Shown: one piece after another, positions 19,240 through 27,650 of the stretch
Layout: each line of letters opens with the position of its first letter
Numbering within the stretch: position 1 is the stretch's first letter
Virus record (IMG/VR): IMGVR_UViG_3300021597_000002
Span: 1 to 64,000 of that record
Strand: one strand, 5' to 3'
Length of the DNA: 64,000 nt
Source: a virus
Made by a program: the position numbers and the translations under genes
Notes under the pieces: model-generated
Told to the model about the DNA's origin: nothing
Databases searched by the model: none
What the model saw: only the letters and a program-made list of their open reading frames with translations

Positions 19240-20379
19240 CTATCCGCCTCCACCTCCCCAATTCATAGGGGCTGAGCGTGTTTTTACTCGACTATGAGCC
19301 ATTGCACCATCACGCGCTAATATTGCCCTACCATATCTAGCAACCATGGTACCGCTAGACCATCGTCCAGACTGTTGGATCTGTAACGTGTTATAGCCCT
19401 TTTTGAGTAGGTCTTGTGCTGCACCTACACGCGCACTGTGAGCAGTAAACGGCTTTACACCCTGACGTTCTAGGTCCAGCGCTTGCCATGCTGAATAGAA
19501 CACACCCTCAACCGTTTTGGTTGTAATGGCTTTGTGCAGTAGCTCTTCAGTATCTTTGTCTTTCTTCGGCTTGATGCAGGTATTGTGCTTTGATACACCC
19601 ACAAACAAGAAGCCATCACCACTCATATCCAGCTTGCCAGCTTCGGTGTAATCCATAAGCAAACTAACCACATCCTGACTGAGAATGCAGGTGTCCGGCT
19701 CGCCGCTATGGTTTGTCTTGGTGATAGGAATGGTTAACACTGCGGTACCATCCCCTGCTAATTCCATGTCACTAACTCGAATATTTGCCAGCTCAGACGC
19801 CCGTAACATGGACTCATACGCAACCGCCAACAACGCCAAGTTACGACGCAGCAACAGCTTATCGCTTCGGTACCAGAGCGAGGTGAGTTTCAGTAAATGC
19901 TGCTCGTTAAATGGTGAAGCCTGCTTAACGACCTCACCCTCCCTCACTTTCTTTCGAGATATGGCTTTGAGTCGGTCTTCTACATAAATATCAAGGCAGG
20001 GATCGGGACAGCCGGCGACACGGTGAACACGGGAGATAGCCCAGCGATACACCGACAACGTATTGCGGTGCAACTGTTCAGCTCGCTCAATAAAAAACGC
20101 TTCGACGGTATCCGGTGTGGCAGGCAAAGAATGTCGATGATTTGCCAAGCACCAATCCACAAAGCAAGTCCACGCACTTTCCAATCGACGCAAGGTATTA
20201 GGCGAATAGCGCTCTTCCCTTTTCTTGAACTCATTAAGCAGGTGCTCGAACGCTGCCTTGAATTGTTCGTTCTCGGCAACGTTGATCCCTTTCTTCTGTG
20301 CCGCTTGGATCGCGGTTCTCACATCGTCCGGTCTGACGCCGGAAAAATCCCCCAACAGGGAGAGTTGATTTTCTATCAT
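19240..20379 (-). CDS. cre: Cre-family tyrosine recombinase, VCre-like
   Basis: Begins MIENQLSLLGDFSGVRPDDV like VCre (recalled); catalytic R (MLRASE), K (TKTN), HSAR, W (SGRW), Y (ARYG). Confidence 0.95.
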   Translation of the reverse strand: MIENQLSLLGDFSGVRPDDVRTAIQAAQKKGINVAENEQFKAAFEHLLNEFKKREERYSPNTLRRLESAWTCFVDWCLANHRHSLPATPDTVEAFFIERAEQLHRNTLSVYRWAISRVHRVAGCPDPCLDIYVEDRLKAISRKKVREGEVVKQASPFNEQHLLKLTSLWYRSDKLLLRRNLALLAVAYESMLRASELANIRVSDMELAGDGTAVLTIPITKTNHSGEPDTCILSQDVVSLLMDYTEAGKLDMSGDGFLFVGVSKHNTCIKPKKDKDTEELLHKAITTKTVEGVFYSAWQALDLERQGVKPFTAHSARVGAAQDLLKKGYNTLQIQQSGRWSSGTMVARYGRAILARDGAMAHSRVKTRSAPMNWGGGGG

Positions 20380-20435
20380 GCTGGCAACGTGTAGTGATGG
20401 ATATGCAATCATATTGATGGAAAGCGGGATAATTG

Positions 20436-20469
20436 TCAATTTCTGAGAATGACAGTTCTCAGAAATTGA
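20436..20469 (-). other. lox-type recombination site (VloxP-like)
   Basis: TCAATTTCTGAGA-ACTGTCAT-TCTCAGAAATTGA: perfect 13-bp arms and 8-bp spacer, about 57 bp upstream of cre. Confidence 0.95.
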
Positions 20470-20556
20470 GAGCTAGGCGGGTGTTTTTTGACCGCTCACA
20501 AAGTGACACGGTAACACTTTAAATATTAAGTTTTGTTTGGGTGTTTCTTAGTGGCA

Positions 20557-20584
20557 ATAAAAAACCGCCCGAAGGCGGCTTATT
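20557..20584 (-). terminator. Intrinsic terminator
   Basis: GCCGCC-TTCG-GGCGGT plus T-run downstream of the 216-aa gene. Confidence 0.75.
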
Positions 20585-20599
20585 GATGATCTTGGTTAG

Positions 20600-21250
20600 T
20601 TAGGCAGGTAAAACATGGTAATCGGACACGGGACCAGACGGCAATGCCCCCACAACCGGAATACGGCTCAAATGGGTTTTCAATGTCTCCCGTAAGGCAT
20701 ACCCCGCCCCCATGGTATTGACGATCACCAAATCATAACCGCCCTGTTCGTACTGATCTTGAATCCGGCATGTGGCATCGAGAACGGTTTCACTGTCTTG
20801 TATTTCTGCCAGTAACGCCCGTTTAGCACGTAATACCGACGCCATATCACGCACATCAATGGATAAATATTGCTTCTCATTGTTCCCTTTCCGAAATAAC
20901 AAAAAGGCTTCACCAGAACGAAGTGGAATATTATTAATGACAGGCTGAGACACAAACCAATAACCGACAATCTTTGAAATGGAATAAAACAACATGAGAA
21001 ACACTGACAGGCTTGATATTAAGTCATAGCCTAAATCAACACTCCATAATAATTGCTTTAATGGCTCCTTGTCGGGAATGAGAAATAAAGCCAATGCCAT
21101 GACCAGCAAATAAGAAAGACTGAACTCTTTAAACAGCTGGAACGACTTCACTTGTTCTTTGTTGCCAAACAAACCCACACACAAATAGACGCTCAATGTC
21201 ATGAAAAACCATGACATCAGACAGAATGAAATGACCTGAAGTATACTCAT
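20600..21250 (-). CDS. Membrane protein (about three N-terminal TM segments plus soluble domain)
   Basis: Hydrophobic N-terminal half; own candidate promoter at 21282-21326. Confidence 0.7.
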   Translation of the reverse strand: MSILQVISFCLMSWFFMTLSVYLCVGLFGNKEQVKSFQLFKEFSLSYLLVMALALFLIPDKEPLKQLLWSVDLGYDLISSLSVFLMLFYSISKIVGYWFVSQPVINNIPLRSGEAFLLFRKGNNEKQYLSIDVRDMASVLRAKRALLAEIQDSETVLDATCRIQDQYEQGGYDLVIVNTMGAGYALRETLKTHLSRIPVVGALPSGPVSDYHVLPA

Positions 21251-21326
21251 CGTGATTCCCTATATTGACGATATCTTAGCCAATATAGGCGGATTGACCG
21301 CCTATCCGTACAACACAACTTTGTTG

Positions 21327-21803
21327 TCAAAGCCCGAGCAATTCTGCCGCTTGGGTCTCGGTTAGCTTGAGCTTGTATTTGGGATTCAAGAGTGCCCGAA
21401 TGGCAAAGCTATTGTCTCTGTAGTTGCCTTTTGCGATCTGCACTCGGTATGCCTGCACCTCAGCCCACTGGCGATAAGGGCGCACCAACAGATACAGCAA
21501 AACATGAAGAGCGGGGGCTAATCCGGCAATCACAGTGCTGGCGATCATCAAAACAGGATCGGCATAGAAGAAATGCAGCCCTGTCCAGCCAACGACTGAC
21601 AGTGGTAAAAACAGCATCCACCATTGCTTTACATGGCACTTTTCATGCTCAAGCAAGCCGATATCATGCTCTTTACCTTTACGAAGGGTGATAATAAATA
21701 GACGGGCGTTACCTGCTTGCCACGATGGCAGTTTGTCAGTGTAACGAACGAAGTACCAGCATTGGCTGAGTTTTGCCTTTAGTGAGGCGAGGAAGGTTTT
21801 CAT
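21327..21803 (-). CDS. Membrane-associated HExxH putative metalloprotein
   Basis: LLEHEKCHVKQW, two TM segments, then AEVQAY (zincin-like third ligand). Confidence 0.7.
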   Translation of the reverse strand: MKTFLASLKAKLSQCWYFVRYTDKLPSWQAGNARLFIITLRKGKEHDIGLLEHEKCHVKQWWMLFLPLSVVGWTGLHFFYADPVLMIASTVIAGLAPALHVLLYLLVRPYRQWAEVQAYRVQIAKGNYRDNSFAIRALLNPKYKLKLTETQAAELLGL

Positions 21804-21883
21804 AGATGCTCCTAAGAGTTAAGTGAACATGCTCATTATTCACCGCCGCCATTTAGCGAGCATCTATACAAAAATATCAGTGG

Positions 21884-22279
21884 TTAGAGTACTTCATCGT
21901 CCGTTAAACAGTACGTCATGAAGCCGGTATCGTCTTCGGTGTAACCAACAACTTTTTCATTCGTCACTAAAGCAAAATGCGCAGCCAGTGCCGCTCTATC
22001 CTCTGTTGGCATTAAGCTTAGATACTCATCTTCTGACAGCACCATGTGTTTAGTGTCTGGTCCCTCTGTTGCCACTAGGTACACCTGACCACGTTCCAGC
22101 GACTTAAAGACATCCAAATATTGCTGTTCACTTTGAATGTACTCAATCAATAAAGGCTTAACGCCATCAATGATATTTTTTGCCGGTGCTGGCGAATGGG
22201 AAACGGGCGTTTTATGCGTTGCCTTTGCTTTCTTCCTCGCCTGACGGCGCTTGTTCTTCTGTGCTTGCTTAACTGACAT
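21884..22279 (-). CDS. Hypothetical protein with basic N-terminus
   Basis: ATG 22279 with AAGGA RBS. Confidence 0.65.
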   Translation of the reverse strand: MSVKQAQKNKRRQARKKAKATHKTPVSHSPAPAKNIIDGVKPLLIEYIQSEQQYLDVFKSLERGQVYLVATEGPDTKHMVLSEDEYLSLMPTEDRAALAAHFALVTNEKVVGYTEDDTGFMTYCLTDDEVL

Positions 22280-22361
22280 ACAAGATCCTTTCTTTGCTTT
22301 AAGTATCAATCTAATACTTACTCGGTGTTATTTATATACTTAATAGGTGCTCAATTTGGCT

Positions 22362-22850
22362 TTAACGCCCTGATAGTGCAAGGCTTGCCTGATTAATCTC
22401 GCAACTAGAGGGTAAATTGAGAGGCAATTGATATTTATCCGATAAGAATCGCACTAAAGAGAGCTTCCATGTTAATCCTGAGCCACTTAACCCAGCATGA
22501 TATGGTTGCCCTTTATCAGTAACGGCTCTTCGCTTACCTACCTCTTTGGGTAACTGCAGCGACTGCTCATCCAATAGCTGATTCACTTTGCTCCAATGCA
22601 AACCGCCTAACAGCTTTCCAATCACCCACGGCGGGAACGCATCATTATGCAAACATCGCCCTATGTACCAGAGCAGTTTATCACCGTAAAGATCCTGCGT
22701 CTCAGCTTCTTCAGTAGGATTACCTTGGGTCAATAACGCTTCAACTTGCTGACGCACCTCACGCGCTTTTACTTCACCTTCACGCTGCTTAGTTATGGCT
22801 CTTTGCTTTTTCTTTTGAGCTGAGCGTTTATTTCTTTTATCTTTTTTCAC
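22362..22850 (-). CDS. Hypothetical protein with basic N-terminus
   Basis: GTG start overlapping the upstream stop. Confidence 0.65.
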   Translation of the reverse strand: MKKDKRNKRSAQKKKQRAITKQREGEVKAREVRQQVEALLTQGNPTEEAETQDLYGDKLLWYIGRCLHNDAFPPWVIGKLLGGLHWSKVNQLLDEQSLQLPKEVGKRRAVTDKGQPYHAGLSGSGLTWKLSLVRFLSDKYQLPLNLPSSCEINQASLALSGR

Positions 22851-23056
22851 GCCTTGTCCTTATTGGTATTCAGCGGCACTTTCTTCCTAAATGACAACCC
22901 TGTACCAACTAAAGAGCCGCTAAACCAAAGACCACGACGACCAATATTAAATTTAATAAATCGGTTTCCTATCGTTATTGAAAAATTAGACTTGGATATA
23001 TTCACCCAAAGAAAAGGCAATACTTTAATTCTTTTTTGATACCGCAAACCTTTCAT
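22847..23056 (-). CDS. DUF4236-like small basic protein
   Basis: LRYQKRIKVLP..VNISKS..SITIG...GTGLSFR pattern. Confidence 0.75.
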   Translation of the reverse strand: MKGLRYQKRIKVLPFLWVNISKSNFSITIGNRFIKFNIGRRGLWFSGSLVGTGLSFRKKVPLNTNKDKA

Positions 23057-23100
23057 ATTTACCCCTAACAAAAAGGCGAGATAATCCCGCCTTTAATATT

Positions 23101-23748
23101 CTATTTTGTTCGCCCTGCAAGTTCAGAGACTGCTTCCTCAAAAACACTACCTAACACATTGAGAGCTTGAGGAGAGATTGAGCGTGCCGCCACTTTGTCT
23201 CCTTTAGGGGATAAAATAACGACCAACCTCTCAACCGATCGATCCCATGGTCTAAGGTGTGTTTGCTGGTTATCCAGAATGAGAAACTTATACCCTTGCT
23301 GACGAGCACTATCTACAGACGCAACACCAAGCCCAGCAAGGCATTCAAAGAGCCACGATATAAACCTAGCCGCTTCTGTTTTATGATATTCCTCTCTCAA
23401 TGAAGTCATATCCAACTGGAACATTTGCAGATCATCAACAGTAAATCGAGAGTCTTGGGCTGTGTTAAAGGTCACATGAATATCGCCCTCAGAGCCTTGG
23501 TCAGACTTTCCATGCAATATTCGCTTAGCCAACTGCAGATCAGCGTATGCCGAGTAAATAGCACTATCAGGCTCTCTTGTTCCCAAATAGCTTTCTGGCA
23601 CCGCCATAGCTTGAGTAACTTTGCTCATCGTAGAAGACATTGCCGCTTGAATCGTAGTACGCCCGAAAGACGGAAAATCACTGGTTCTAATGGTGATCCC
23701 GCGCTCAGCTTCTTCAGCTACTACATGTGTATATACATTTCCTTTCAT
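23101..23748 (-). CDS. Hypothetical protein
   Basis: About 215 aa ORF in an operon. Confidence 0.65.
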   Translation of the reverse strand: MKGNVYTHVVAEEAERGITIRTSDFPSFGRTTIQAAMSSTMSKVTQAMAVPESYLGTREPDSAIYSAYADLQLAKRILHGKSDQGSEGDIHVTFNTAQDSRFTVDDLQMFQLDMTSLREEYHKTEAARFISWLFECLAGLGVASVDSARQQGYKFLILDNQQTHLRPWDRSVERLVVILSPKGDKVAARSISPQALNVLGSVFEEAVSELAGRTK

Positions 23749-23762
23749 GACATCACCGCCAA

Positions 23763-24080
23763 TCACTTCAATAACTGCCAACGAGAGCCGCAACCCTCAC
23801 ATTTTGCTCTTTTAGAGCCTGAGCGCGTTTGCTTTAACTGACCTCCACATGAGCCACAACGAACATCAGTAACTCTGCGAGCCATTGCCTCGTTGATTGC
23901 ATCTACGTTAGAACGACGCTTTACCTTCGGAAGCAAACCAAGTGCTTTCAACACCTGACGATATTCTCTCTCAATCCACTTACCATCTGGCTCATGATGA
24001 AGACCATCGCCCATCATGTCACCAAGCTTAACTAACTGGCTGTGAAGGTGTGCCTTAGTGTCTTCGCTTAAATCTGACAT
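23763..24080 (-). CDS. Zinc-ribbon protein
   Basis: CGSC and CEGC motifs; GGAGG RBS. Confidence 0.7.
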   Translation of the reverse strand: MSDLSEDTKAHLHSQLVKLGDMMGDGLHHEPDGKWIEREYRQVLKALGLLPKVKRRSNVDAINEAMARRVTDVRCGSCGGQLKQTRSGSKRAKCEGCGSRWQLLK

Positions 24081-24090
24081 CCATGCCTCC

Positions 24091-24681
24091 TTACAAACCA
24101 ATTTCAATACTTAGGTAAACATCACGCACACGCTCATCTGTGATACCGATGTATTTAAACGTCTCTGTCACGCTTGAGTGATTAAACAGCTTTTGCAATA
24201 CGTTGATATCGGTACCACGCTTATATGCGTGATAACCAAAGGTCTTGCGCAGTGAGTGGGTATTTAAGCTGTAATCAAGCCCTAGACTATCTTTTACATC
24301 AATCAGCTTGGTAGATATCCATTGACGACTAACGGGCTTAGGATCGCCCTTAACGCGATTCCCTGTAGCTTGGAATAGATAAATAGCTTCTGGATGATTG
24401 GACTTGAGGCGTTCCACGCACTGCATAGCTGTACGATTGAGAGTAAGACGCTTGGGTTTACCAGTCTTTTTCTCTTCCAGCTCTACGTAACCAATGTCTT
24501 CACCTTCAAGCTGCATTGTCTTGATGTCATCAAACCTCAGTTTCAGTAGGTCACTAATACGCAGCGCCACGTTACAGCCAAGCATAACTAACTCAGCTTC
24601 ACGATGGTTTCCCCACTTTTTCAAGCGGTTATAGATGGCTCTCACGTCATCCAGATCTTTAATTGGGTCAACTTGTTTCAT
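24091..24681 (-). CDS. Minimal tyrosine recombinase (catalytic domain only)
   Basis: LRISD, EKKTGK, HSLRKTFG, FNHS, KYIG; only 196 aa. Confidence 0.9.
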   Translation of the reverse strand: MKQVDPIKDLDDVRAIYNRLKKWGNHREAELVMLGCNVALRISDLLKLRFDDIKTMQLEGEDIGYVELEEKKTGKPKRLTLNRTAMQCVERLKSNHPEAIYLFQATGNRVKGDPKPVSRQWISTKLIDVKDSLGLDYSLNTHSLRKTFGYHAYKRGTDINVLQKLFNHSSVTETFKYIGITDERVRDVYLSIEIGL

Positions 24682-24746
24682 TTTTATCCCTCACAGTGCA
24701 GGAAGTCGAAATTACCTGCACTTGATCATGCTTTCGGTTATTTACG

Positions 24747-25301
24747 TTACGCCGCTTGTTCTATTGCCAAACCAGACTCTGTTAAAGCTGCTTGTACCGC
24801 TTCAATAATGCGGACCATGTAGGCGTATTTGTGAGGGACTCGCGTTGGGACAGTAATTGAACCAAAGTCCAAATACTCAAACTCTTCTTCGCTTTCAAAA
24901 TCAGTGCATTTATAAGTGTCATAGCTATGTTCTGGTGCGTATTCTTCCCAATCTTCAATATCGTAAAGCGCACGAGCTAAGCTAGAGCCGATAAGATTCA
25001 TGCGACGGCGACCTAATATGTGCTCTCTAGCTAAGGGTAAGAAAGCGTCATAATCAGGCTCTTCACTACTTAATGCTCCGCACAGGTTAGAGATCAGGTA
25101 GCCCTCATCGCAGCTGCAGAAGAACTGCGCAATAGTTCTTCCACCCATAGCGCCCCAGAATGAAGACCAAGACTTACCGTAGCATTCAATGACAATCTTT
25201 CCTTTGCCAATTTCATAGTCTTCTAAAAAAACAGTGATTGGGTCGAGGGATTCAACCTCAGTAATGCGCAACTTAATCGCTGTGCTTTGTTCGATTTTCA
25301 T
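24747..25301 (-). CDS. Phage hypothetical protein
   Basis: 184 aa ORF with AAGGA RBS. Confidence 0.75.
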   Translation of the reverse strand: MKIEQSTAIKLRITEVESLDPITVFLEDYEIGKGKIVIECYGKSWSSFWGAMGGRTIAQFFCSCDEGYLISNLCGALSSEEPDYDAFLPLAREHILGRRRMNLIGSSLARALYDIEDWEEYAPEHSYDTYKCTDFESEEEFEYLDFGSITVPTRVPHKYAYMVRIIEAVQAALTESGLAIEQAA

Positions 25302-25451
25302 GATTTTTTCCTTTGGTCGGGGTTACAAATCTAATTGCTATAACGAGAATATAATAAGATTGTGTAAATCAATCAAGGGAAAGATAGGGAAATGTGAGAA
25401 ATGACGGGGGATTTCTTATTGCTAAAACGTGCTTTTAGCAATTAGGAAGCT

Positions 25452-25628
25452 AAAAAAATGCCCCGCATCCTTGCGAGGCTACCCTAATACCCTACTGGCA
25501 GTGCAATCTATACATTGGGATAGCAATGCTCGCTCTTGGCATGAGGTTGGGGGACGACAGCCAGTGTAAACACCACTTACCGAACCCCCGTGTGCAGCTA
25601 AGGGAAGCTACGCCATTGCAAACAATGC
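25452..25628 (-). ncRNA. Candidate structured RNA of about 175 nt
   Basis: Candidate promoter at 25635-25680, intrinsic terminator at 25452-25479, nested helices with G-U pairs on this strand, no convincing ORF. Confidence 0.5.
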
Positions 25629-25681
25629 CCGTTCATCTTAGTGCGGTCACTACGCAGCCAACCACAACAAAAAAATGTTGG

Positions 25682-25747
25682 ATATAAGAAAGCCCACTCA
25701 CAAGAGCGGGCTTTGTCTTACACCGAGTTGAAAGAAGGAAGCTTTCA
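25682..25747 (-). ncRNA. Candidate small RNA of about 65 nt
   Basis: Candidate promoter at 25754-25798, 5' hairpin with CUUCCUU loop, terminator-like hairpin at 25689-25714. Confidence 0.5.
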
Positions 25748-25931
25748 CAAACGATAGTACGGACGCTTATGCGCTGGTACTACAACATTTTCTTGTTATC
25801 CTCGCCGCCTTACTAAGCCACACAATGGCGCAGCCATTGCCCGTAATTTAAACGATTAGGACCATTGTTCCTGTGTAGTTAGCATGAGTATTTTTTACAC
25901 AGGGTTATCCCCTTAATTTGGGGATAACCGC

Positions 25932-27650
25932 TTATGCTCGCTTATAAAACTTGAAGAACTCATCCAATCGCTCGATTTCCATCAAGCCAACTTGAGCGTA
26001 CTCCTCCAAGCCGTCCTCTATCCAATCACCACATGCTGACTGTATCGCAGCTCTAACCTCGGGGTAATCTTCAGCAAGACACTCAACCACACCACCGCTT
26101 TCAATTGCAGCCACTGCCTGATCTGCTGGGCTTGATTCTTCCTCTCCCAGCAATGCCATTGCGTTAGCCAGTGCACTATCAGATTGACCGTCGCTTTGCT
26201 CGCCGGCAGGAATGTAATCCACCAACCAGAAGAATGCTGTTGCGTCGAAAATATCAGGAGACTTAATGCCCTCACTACGCAGCTGCTTCTTAGAGAACAG
26301 GCGCCAACGTCCCAACTCATCAAACTCATACGGGATCTTGACGAATTGCTTCTGCAGTTTCTTCTCAAACTGTTTCGTCTCACCTTTATGCAGCTTCAAG
26401 CGACCAGTATTCAACGCTTCCTTGACCATGACACACGCATAGTCTTTTTCTTTCGGGAATCGCTGTTTCACTGAGTTAGCATGTGGAGGTCTACCCCAGT
26501 GGATGCGAGTAACATTCACACCAAGCTTTTCACACTCTTGAGCAGTTGTCAGACCGTACCCGTCCGCATCAATACCAACAGTGATATTGGTGTAGCCAGA
26601 TGTTTCTTGATGGATAAAGCGAGCAAATTGAACCCCATCCATATCTGCAGGTGCTTCGATAGCCTTAACGACCTCTACCTGTCGCTCACTACCAAAGCCA
26701 CAAACCTTACCGATCTTGAGCACTGAGCTATCTCGACCTTCACCGCCTGCAACGTCGGCAACAGCCACCCATCCCCACTCATCAACAAACTCAATAACCG
26801 CCTCAAAGCCTTTATCGACCATGCTACGGGAGATCAGGAAGCCACTTGCATCATCAGGACACACACCAAGAACACGAATGCCATACTCAGGGCTACTCAC
26901 ACCCCCGTATTCGATACGTTTTTCTCGGATAAACTTGAGGTTAACAAACGGACTCATTTCACTATTAAGCGTGATAGCCGTGTACAACCCTTGCTCTGCC
27001 AATTCCATTTGTGAATCAGCAAAGTGACCAGTTGGGCGCGTAAACTGGCTAATGAGTAGCATTTTGTTGTTGTCTTCGGTCAATGCACCACGAAGCACTT
27101 CAAACGCTCGATCGGATACACCAGACGCTTCATCGACCACCACCATGTAATCCCTACGGTGCTGACCGGCTAAGCCTTCCTCATTGCCTTTTGAACATGT
27201 TTTCCCGAAAATTTGCCATACGCCCTTGTAGCCTTTCGCATAGAAAGACTTAGCTGTAATGACGAAGTACTGCTCCAACCACGGCTGACGCTGGCAGATC
27301 TTCACCCAAAGGCGCTTAATGTATGAGAAGACAACGTTAGTTACCTGATCTAAGGAGTTTGCCGTCAACATACACAGAGATTCTGGGTGTGTAATGATGA
27401 AATGAAGACACAAAGCTGCGGTTAGGTGAGACTTACCCGTACCGTGACCAGAAGCAACAGACACACGCGCCCCGACCGGAGTCAGGGCGTTAATGACTTC
27501 AATTTGCTGAAACGATGGTTCCATCCCGATAATGTCGTAGATGAAAGCCAACGGTCGACTTCGGTAGCTCGCTGCAAAATCCAGATAACGAGGATCCAGC
27601 GTAATAGCGGCGTGCTTATGCTTTTTGCGGCTTCGGTTTCTAGCTGCCAT
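25932..27650 (-). CDS. pacB: Terminase large subunit (P1 PacB-like)
   Basis: SGHGTGKS Walker A, VVVDEA Walker B, nuclease DVAGGEGRDSS and SPDIFDA. Confidence 0.93.
   Translation of the reverse strand: MAARNRSRKKHKHAAITLDPRYLDFAASYRSRPLAFIYDIIGMEPSFQQIEVINALTPVGARVSVASGHGTGKSHLTAALCLHFIITHPESLCMLTANSLDQVTNVVFSYIKRLWVKICQRQPWLEQYFVITAKSFYAKGYKGVWQIFGKTCSKGNEEGLAGQHRRDYMVVVDEASGVSDRAFEVLRGALTEDNNKMLLISQFTRPTGHFADSQMELAEQGLYTAITLNSEMSPFVNLKFIREKRIEYGGVSSPEYGIRVLGVCPDDASGFLISRSMVDKGFEAVIEFVDEWGWVAVADVAGGEGRDSSVLKIGKVCGFGSERQVEVVKAIEAPADMDGVQFARFIHQETSGYTNITVGIDADGYGLTTAQECEKLGVNVTRIHWGRPPHANSVKQRFPKEKDYACVMVKEALNTGRLKLHKGETKQFEKKLQKQFVKIPYEFDELGRWRLFSKKQLRSEGIKSPDIFDATAFFWLVDYIPAGEQSDGQSDSALANAMALLGEEESSPADQAVAAIESGGVVECLAEDYPEVRAAIQSACGDWIEDGLEEYAQVGLMEIERLDEFFKFYKRA

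Noticed and set aside
20401-20420. AphA box upstream of cre
   Set aside because: Only the ATATGCA half-site matches; the second half is poor.
25455-25860. A single giant ncRNA of about 400 nt closed by long-range helices
   Set aside because: The strongest helix (15 bp, 25664-25680 with 25783-25797) is explained by two copies of the palindromic DNA box, and internal promoters and terminators favour two RNAs. Not fully excluded. No group I/II intron, tmRNA or RNase P hallmarks were seen.
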